Origin: Alphaproteobacteria bacterium
GTDB lineage: Bacteria; Pseudomonadota; Alphaproteobacteria; RF32; CAG-239
Reading direction: 5' to 3'
Length of the DNA stretch: 32,279 bases
Assembly: GCA_045592765.1 (NCBI GenBank)
Contig: JAZNVJ010000095.1
Coordinates: forward strand, 1-32,279
A program made the translations under genes and the position numbers. The notes under the pieces were generated by a model. It made no database searches, had not been told where the DNA came from, and saw only the letters and a list, made by a program, of their open reading frames with translations. Below are positions 26,484 through 32,279 of this stretch, in pieces; position 1 is the stretch's first letter, and each line of letters starts with the position of its first letter.

Positions 26484-27374
26484 ATGCAAACAATTACCCA
26501 ATTACCAGCTTTAGTACATGTACATATATATTATACTGAAATGTGGGATGAATTAAAATCTCACTTAAACAACATTACAATCCCTTATGATTTGCATGTA
26601 ACCTTAGTTAAGTCCAATAAGGTTTTAGAAAATGAAATTATAAATTTCAATCCTCAGTCTAAAATCTGGTTAGTAGAAAATCGAGGTTATGATGTATGGC
26701 CATTCATTAAAGTTTTACAAAATGTAAATCTCGATAAATATGAATTTATAATAAAAATGCATACCAAACGAAACACCGAAGATATTAATGTCAATGGATA
26801 TTTATTTGTCAATGATGAATGGCGCAAAAGTTTGCTTAGATTTGCCGATAGCCGGATGCGCTTTGAAAAAGCTCTAAATAGCTTTAATAATGACTCTTCT
26901 TTGGGAATGATAACATCGTTTGACTGTATTCAACCGATGAAAAAATATAAAGATGTTATCAAATTTGCGAAAAAAAAGTTTCCCAATCATGTGTTCGGGC
27001 TTCGTAATTATAGTTTTGTTGCCGGAACTATGTTTATGGCAAAAGCCTCTATTTTTAAGCCCATTCAAGAAATGAAAATTTTTGCAGAAATGTTTGATAT
27101 TCCGGATAAAGAACATAGCTTGCAGTTTGCTCATGTTTTAGAACGTGTTTTTGGAGAAGCTGTTAAATTTGCTAAATTAGAAATTAAAGATGTTATATCT
27201 ACTGATATTGAAAGAAAAAAGCCACGACAATTTCAAGGGTTTGACATAAACATTTTAGGTTTTAGCTTATTGAAATTAAAGAAAACAAAAAAAGGAAAAT
27301 ACTTACTCAAATTTTGTAAAATACCTATTTTCTCCTTTTTACCTTACAAAAAATCTAAAGGAGAAAAAATATGA
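26484..27374 (+). CDS. Rhamnan-synthesis protein F (RgpF)-like polysaccharide biosynthesis protein
   Basis: VHVHIYYTEMWDEL..., LHVTL, ENRGYDVWPF and IIKMHTKRN follow the RgpF-family pattern. SD GGAGAG lies at 26473-26478. Confidence 0.65.
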   Translation: MQTITQLPALVHVHIYYTEMWDELKSHLNNITIPYDLHVTLVKSNKVLENEIINFNPQSKIWLVENRGYDVWPFIKVLQNVNLDKYEFIIKMHTKRNTEDINVNGYLFVNDEWRKSLLRFADSRMRFEKALNSFNNDSSLGMITSFDCIQPMKKYKDVIKFAKKKFPNHVFGLRNYSFVAGTMFMAKASIFKPIQEMKIFAEMFDIPDKEHSLQFAHVLERVFGEAVKFAKLEIKDVISTDIERKKPRQFQGFDINILGFSLLKLKKTKKGKYLLKFCKIPIFSFLPYKKSKGEKI

Positions 27375-28399
27375 AAAAGAAAAAATCGATTTTATTTACC
27401 GGATTATTTTTTAATTATTATTCCGGTAGTCAAAAATATATTTCAGAAATGGCACTATATATCAAAAAAAAGTATCCTGATTATAACATACAAATAACAT
27501 CTCCTTATATAAAAAAAGAGATTGTCGAACATTTAATAAAAAATGATATTTCGGTTGTCACACCGGATAATATTTGCAACAATATGCTATGGGATATCAT
27601 TATTGCAGCGCATCATTCAATAATTAACACCCTATTAATGCAAAAAATTAAATATAAAAAAATCATAAACTTGATACTTTCACCACACATAAACTTAGAA
27701 AATCCGGTATATTTTCATAAAAAATGCAGTCTGGTTGTAGCTAATTCTGAAGAAACCAAACAAAAATTAATTAAAATCAATAACGTTAAACCTGATAAAG
27801 TTTTTGTTTTACCTAATTTTTTGCCTGATGAATTTATAAATATAGCCCCCTCTAACCATCAACTAAAAAAAATTGCAATTATATCCAACCATGTTCCCTC
27901 TGAATTAAAACTTCTTCCGGTTTTTTTACCTAATATTGCTATAGATTTCATTGGCAGCGAATATAATCAGATAAATGTATCTCCAGAATTTATGGCTGAT
28001 TATGATTTAATTATAAGCATCGGCAAAACAGTCCAATATGCCTTGGGAATGAAAATACCTGTATATGAATATGATGTATTTGGCGGTTGTGGTTATATTA
28101 CTACAAAAAATTTCGTTAACGAAGCCGAGCTAAATTTTTCAGGAAGAGCAACTCGGCGAAAGCTATCTGCAAAACAAATAGCAAACGAAATAATCAATGG
28201 ATATTCATCAACAATAAAACAAATATCGGTTTTACAGCAAATGGCGGTTAAAAAGTTTTCAATGAAAAATATTGATATTTTACTTAATAGCATAAACAAA
28301 CAGCCTTTAACCCCAAAAATAGGCAAGCTCCTGCATATAACTATGCTTTGGCTATCAAAATTTGGCAAATGTAAAAATATACCTTTAAGTAAAGTATAA
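27371..28399 (+). CDS. Putative glycosyltransferase (GT-B-like fold)
   Basis: ATGA overlap with the upstream gene. GT4-like landmarks are present (SILFTG..., LVVANSEETK, KVFVLPNFLPDEF), but I saw no clear EX7E motif. Confidence 0.4.
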   Translation: MKKKKSILFTGLFFNYYSGSQKYISEMALYIKKKYPDYNIQITSPYIKKEIVEHLIKNDISVVTPDNICNNMLWDIIIAAHHSIINTLLMQKIKYKKIINLILSPHINLENPVYFHKKCSLVVANSEETKQKLIKINNVKPDKVFVLPNFLPDEFINIAPSNHQLKKIAIISNHVPSELKLLPVFLPNIAIDFIGSEYNQINVSPEFMADYDLIISIGKTVQYALGMKIPVYEYDVFGGCGYITTKNFVNEAELNFSGRATRRKLSAKQIANEIINGYSSTIKQISVLQQMAVKKFSMKNIDILLNSINKQPLTPKIGKLLHITMLWLSKFGKCKNIPLSKV

Positions 28400-28401
28400 A
28401 A

Positions 28402-29055
28402 CTATTGCTGTTCAAAGAATTCTTTACCTACTCCACACAAAGGGCAAAGATAATCATCCGGCAAATTTTCAAAAGGAATGTCTCCATCATAGACATAACC
28501 ACATACAGTACAAACCCATTTTTTATCACTATTTGTCATTTTGTTTTCTCCTTTTGGCTTGGTATTATATTTTTGAAAACTGTCCATAACATCTTTTTTG
28601 AAGTATGAACGATAGTCCAAATAGGTTAAAGGTTCGGCATCTTTTTCGGAACATGCCTCTATTACTTCAGCAACATATAGCGTATTGCTGTCTAAAGTAT
28701 ATGTATGTATTACTTTACAACGAAAGCGAGCCAAACTGTCAGTTAAATAAGGTAAATCATTTTCCGTAAAATGGTTGACATTTTTCCATTTATCAATGGT
28801 GCGAGAGCTCTGAAACCCAAAGTTAGCTACCACAAACGGGTCAACTCCTTTACAAAGTACAGATAAAGAAAACTCTCCGGTTTTATCAATACACGATTTG
28901 GTATACCCATTGTTGGCACAAGACAAAGCTATTGCAACAGGCTTATTGGCTACTTGCATAACCGCATCAACAATACAGCCGCAAAAACCTTTTTCATCTT
29001 TTGCTCCAAGAACATATAATCCATGGGTCAGTTTATATAAGGCTTCTAAATCCAT
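28402..29055 (-). CDS. Flavin reductase domain fused to a C-terminal rubredoxin (high-molecular-weight rubredoxin type)
   Basis: An N-terminal flavin_reduct-like domain. The C-terminus [12 protein letters not shown]...[16 protein letters not shown] is a canonical rubredoxin with CxxC...CxxC. Confidence 0.8.
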   Translation of the reverse strand: MDLEALYKLTHGLYVLGAKDEKGFCGCIVDAVMQVANKPVAIALSCANNGYTKSCIDKTGEFSLSVLCKGVDPFVVANFGFQSSRTIDKWKNVNHFTENDLPYLTDSLARFRCKVIHTYTLDSNTLYVAEVIEACSEKDAEPLTYLDYRSYFKKDVMDSFQKYNTKPKGENKMTNSDKKWVCTVCGYVYDGDIPFENLPDDYLCPLCGVGKEFFEQQ

Positions 29056-29103
29056 TGTTTTCTCCTTGTCTGCTATATAATCACATATTTTACTAATACA
29101 AGG

Positions 29104-29307
29104 CTAGTAATGTGGTGGTGGCGTTTCTTCACTCTGAGGTTTTAGGGAAGAATGATCAACCATATTTAATAAATATTGGTTTTGCTTGACCAATGCAGCA
29201 ATGGTTTTGCCCTGCTCTATTACCACCTGATTTAGCTCATCTAGCATTTTTTGTTGTTCGGCAATTGCCATTTCAATATCAATAAATCTATCTTCGGAGG
29301 TTTGCAT
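29104..29307 (-). CDS. slyX: SlyX-family coiled-coil protein
   Basis: A 67-aa protein. RFIDIEMAIAEQQKMLDELNQVVIEQGKTI matches the SlyX pattern. Confidence 0.75.
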   Translation of the reverse strand: MQTSEDRFIDIEMAIAEQQKMLDELNQVVIEQGKTIAALVKQNQYLLNMVDHSSLKPQSEETPPPHY

Positions 29308-29380
29308 ATCATAAACTTTCTTCTTGTTTGCAACTCTTTATATGCTATCATCTATTTAATTTTTTACAATCGGAAATAAA

Positions 29381-30895
29381 ATGCCTCTACAATTAGAAAT
29401 AAATCAGCAATTTACGCAAGCTATTGAACTTGTGGAAAACACAAGTAAGCATTTATTTATTACCGGAAAAGCCGGCTCGGGAAAATCAACCCTGCTCAAC
29501 TATATCAGAGAAAACAGCAAAAAGAATATGGCTGTTATCGCTCCCACCGGAGTTGCGGCACTTAATGTTAAAGGGCAAACAATTCATCGTTTTTTTGCTT
29601 TTCCGATTAATGTTACACCGGAAAAAATTGCCAACTTTCAGGTAACTCCTCGAGTAAAACGCATATACAAACAACTGCAAACATTGATTATTGATGAAGC
29701 TTCAATGCTAAGGGCGGATATTTTTGATTGTATTGATGTTTTTTTGCAAATATATGGCCCCTCACCGGACAAAGCTTTTGGCGGAGTGCAAATTATTTTG
29801 GTGGGAGATTTATTGCAACTTCCGCCGGTTGTCGGCACTCAAGAAAACAACTATTTTCGGCAAAAATATAATTCTCCGTATTTTTTTGGCGCAGATGCTT
29901 TTCGCAAAATCAATATGGAGATTATTGAATTAAATAAAATATATCGTCAAAAAGATAGTGAGTTTATAGAATTGTTAAGCAGAATCCGCTCTAATACAGC
30001 TACTATAGATGACCTTAACAAGTTAAATCAACAACATGAGGCTAAAACAGGTGATGATAAATTTATCATCAATCTTACAACCACCAACAAAATGGCAGAA
30101 GAATACAACCAACAAAAATTGCAACAACTCCCTTGCCGAAGTTTTTGTTCTCAAGCGGTTATTGAGGGCAATTTTAGCGCAGAATATTACCCGACAGCCG
30201 AAGTTTTGGAGCTGAAAGAAGGTGCGCAAATAATGTTTCTGAATAACGACATTAAAGGGCGTTGGGTTAACGGTAGTCTGGGAAAAATTGAAAAAATCAA
30301 ACTTAATGAAGATAAAATCAGATATCTTTGTATCAGATTGCAAGATAATGCCAAACTGGTGGAGGTTTTTCCTTATGAGTGGGAAATATATAAATATTCA
30401 TTAGTCGGCAGAGAAATTATTTCCGATGTGGTGGGGAGTTTCAGACAGTTTCCGTTACGTTTGGCGTGGGCAGTTACTATACATAAAAGCCAAGGGCAAA
30501 CTTTTGATAATGTTTATATTGATATCGGTAATGGTACTTTTGCAGCCGGACAACTTTATGTAGCTCTTAGTCGCTGCACTTCTTTGGAAGGAATCAGTCT
30601 CAAACAAAAACTAAAACATCAACATATTTTGTGTGATGAAAGAGTATGCGCATTTATGGAGCAATTTATGCCGCCACAAAATCCTCAAGATAAAATTAAA
30701 TTTTTGCTAAATGCGGCGCAAAGGAGGCAAAAACTGCAAATAAAATATCAAAAGATTGATGGCAATGTTTCAGAAAGAATTATTATCCCGCTTAACATAA
30801 AAGAAGAAAATTTGCTTGCTTTTTGCACCCAACGTCAAGAACAAAGAAGTTTTAATTTGCAAAGAATTTTAGAAATAAAAAGCTTTAATGATTGA
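29381..30895 (+). CDS. pif1: PIF1-family SF1B DNA helicase with a C-terminal WYL-like domain
   Basis: Walker A GKAGSGKST, Walker B IIDEASM, ILVGDLLQLPPV, AVTIHKSQGQTFD and YVALSRCTSLEGI. The C-terminal 70 aa or so, ...LLAFCTQRQEQRSFNLQRILEIK, resemble a WYL domain. Confidence 0.85.
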   Translation: MPLQLEINQQFTQAIELVENTSKHLFITGKAGSGKSTLLNYIRENSKKNMAVIAPTGVAALNVKGQTIHRFFAFPINVTPEKIANFQVTPRVKRIYKQLQTLIIDEASMLRADIFDCIDVFLQIYGPSPDKAFGGVQIILVGDLLQLPPVVGTQENNYFRQKYNSPYFFGADAFRKINMEIIELNKIYRQKDSEFIELLSRIRSNTATIDDLNKLNQQHEAKTGDDKFIINLTTTNKMAEEYNQQKLQQLPCRSFCSQAVIEGNFSAEYYPTAEVLELKEGAQIMFLNNDIKGRWVNGSLGKIEKIKLNEDKIRYLCIRLQDNAKLVEVFPYEWEIYKYSLVGREIISDVVGSFRQFPLRLAWAVTIHKSQGQTFDNVYIDIGNGTFAAGQLYVALSRCTSLEGISLKQKLKHQHILCDERVCAFMEQFMPPQNPQDKIKFLLNAAQRRQKLQIKYQKIDGNVSERIIIPLNIKEENLLAFCTQRQEQRSFNLQRILEIKSFND

Positions 30896-30943
30896 GATTT
30901 TAAGATTATATAGTAAATATAGACCTATTAACGGAGAAAACAG

Positions 30944-31816
30944 ATGAAAAAAGTTTTGGCATTTGATATCGGCGGAACCAAAATTGCTTATGCAATTATT
31001 GATGAAAACGGCAAATTTGTTAATGAAGTAATTAAGGTTACAACGCCTAAAACTTCTGCCGGAATATTTGAACTGCTCAAAACCGTAATCAAAGGGTCTG
31101 AAGATGATATTGACGGAGTTGCAATTGCAACTGCCGGAGCAATAAATAATGATAATAATAAAATTATCAGCCATGTGGGAAACCTGCCGGAAGGATATAA
31201 CCAACTAGACTTCATGGCTCTTAGCAACAAGCCTATTTTGCTTGAAAATGATGCCAATGCCGCCGGTTGGGCTGAGTTCAAACTCGGAGCCGCAAAAGGA
31301 ACACAAAATGCGGTTATCTTAACTTTAGGAACAGGAGTTGGCTCCGGTATTATTGTTAATGGCAAACTTTTGAAAGGAAAATCCGGTGCCGCCGGTGAAA
31401 TGCATATGAGAATCGGACATACTAATGAGCGCAAATGTACTTGCGGACTATGGGATTGTTTGGAAACATATGTTTCGGGAAATGCTCTTACCACCGATGC
31501 TAAAATATATATATCACCGGATGCGACCAGTTATGATGTTATCAGAGGACTAAAAGAAAATAATCAAAAAGCTCGAGCTGCTTTTGACCATTGGCAAGAA
31601 TATTTGGAAAATACTTTGGTAATGATTGGCAATCTGTTTGATCCGGAAGTGATTGTTTTATCTGGCTCAATGGCACAGTTTGTGGAATATGATAAATTAA
31701 ACAAACAAGCCAATGAAGATATTCTGACCAGACCTTTTGAACTAAAACAAGCTAAATTTGAAAATAATGCCGGTATGCTCGGCGCTGCACTTTTATTATT
31801 GGAGAAACTTAAATAA
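30944..31816 (+). CDS. ROK-family sugar kinase (glucokinase-like)
   Basis: AFDIGGTK, LGTGVGSGII and the ROK zinc motif CTCGLWDCLETYVSG. Confidence 0.85.
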   Translation: MKKVLAFDIGGTKIAYAIIDENGKFVNEVIKVTTPKTSAGIFELLKTVIKGSEDDIDGVAIATAGAINNDNNKIISHVGNLPEGYNQLDFMALSNKPILLENDANAAGWAEFKLGAAKGTQNAVILTLGTGVGSGIIVNGKLLKGKSGAAGEMHMRIGHTNERKCTCGLWDCLETYVSGNALTTDAKIYISPDATSYDVIRGLKENNQKARAAFDHWQEYLENTLVMIGNLFDPEVIVLSGSMAQFVEYDKLNKQANEDILTRPFELKQAKFENNAGMLGAALLLLEKLK

Positions 31817-32190
31817 TGAAATACGCACTACCTGTACATGAATTTTCTTTTAATAAAATCAAAAACGGAACCAGAAAAGTAGGTGTACATTTGTTTGACA
31901 AGCAGGCTCAGCAAATTAAACTGCACGATATTTTGGAAATGCATAACACTTCTAATAGTGAAATATTAGAATGTGAAGTGTTGGGAATCGCGGTTTTTGA
32001 TAATTTTAATGATTTAGTTGATGCACTTTCTCCGCAAGCTCTGGGGTATAACGATAAAAAAGAAGTCCTGTTACGTTTTAATCGAATATTTTCGGCAGAT
32101 GCACAAAAAGCATGTAATGTAGTCGGATTTTTCTTGAAAAAACTGGACGATGATGTGAATTTCAATCTAAGACCGGAACTGGAAAGATAA
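31816..32190 (+). CDS. ASCH (PUA-like) domain protein
   Basis: The size of about 124 aa and the pattern F..IK.G.RK.....FD.....IK..D...........LECEVLGI...FNDL fit ASCH proteins. It overlaps the ROK gene by 1 nt (TAATG). Confidence 0.5.
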   Translation: MKYALPVHEFSFNKIKNGTRKVGVHLFDKQAQQIKLHDILEMHNTSNSEILECEVLGIAVFDNFNDLVDALSPQALGYNDKKEVLLRFNRIFSADAQKACNVVGFFLKKLDDDVNFNLRPELER

Positions 32191-32217
32191 AAAAATAAAA
32201 AAAATAAAAAATAGGAC

Positions 32218-32245
32218 TTGCATTTTTTTTAAGATATGCTATTAA
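32218..32245 (+). promoter_or_regulatory. Candidate strong sigma70-type promoter for the downstream tRNA
   Basis: TTGCAT (32218-32223), a 16-nt spacer, then TATTAA (32240-32245). It is preceded by an A-rich UP-element-like tract (32188-32214). Confidence 0.5.
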
Positions 32246-32263
32246 GTATCTCGTTCTACCGAT

Positions 32264-32279
32264 GCGGGCGTAGCTCAGG
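32264..32279 (+). tRNA. 5' end of a tRNA gene (truncated by the window edge; isotype undeterminable)
   Basis: GCGGGCG-TA-GCTC-AGG has the canonical layout of a 7-nt acceptor strand, the U8/A9 positions, and the GCTCAG D-arm start. Confidence 0.55.

Noticed and set aside
1-32279. CRISPR arrays, transposases or integrases, prophage genes, rRNA
   Set aside because: No regularly spaced direct repeats, no IS-type inverted repeats and no recombinase-like ORFs were seen on either strand.

Overview
This is a visibly AT-rich bacterial chromosomal window. Gene content and order look alphaproteobacterial (inference only): flagellin with alpha-type termini, rimP-nusA-ylxR/L7Ae fusion-infB, SufE, SlyX, yajC-secDF. 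Rubredoxin and flavin-reductase genes and Sel1-type or orphan proteins suggest a host-associated or anaerobic lifestyle. Contents left to right:
- Tandem flagellin genes, the first truncated at the window edge.
- A secreted Sel1-repeat protein.
- rimP-nusA-ylxR-infB.
- Two orphan genes where rbfA-truB would be expected.
- A minus-strand, tightly coupled string: sufB, mazG-like, sufC, sufD, sufS, sufT, sufE, sucC-like, sucD-like, comF.
- A PAS/degenerate-GGDEF protein and an NlpD-like lipoprotein.
- yajC-secD-secF-flavin reductase.
- An orphan acidic protein.
- A structured leader RNA in front of an RgpF-like/glycosyltransferase pair.
- A flavin-reductase-rubredoxin fusion, slyX, a Pif1-type helicase with a WYL-like tail, a ROK kinase and an ASCH protein.
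- The first 16 nt of a tRNA behind a good promoter.

I found no CRISPR array, transposase, integrase or rRNA.

Most interesting observations:
1. An unassigned, about 250-nt riboswitch-like attenuator (26214-26464) controlling the polysaccharide genes.
2. An intact SucCD-like pair whose catalytic phosphohistidine is replaced (His to Tyr), attached to the tail of the suf operon.
3. A MazG-like ORF translationally coupled between sufB and sufC.

All calls rest on reading the sequence and translations by eye. No database search was run.
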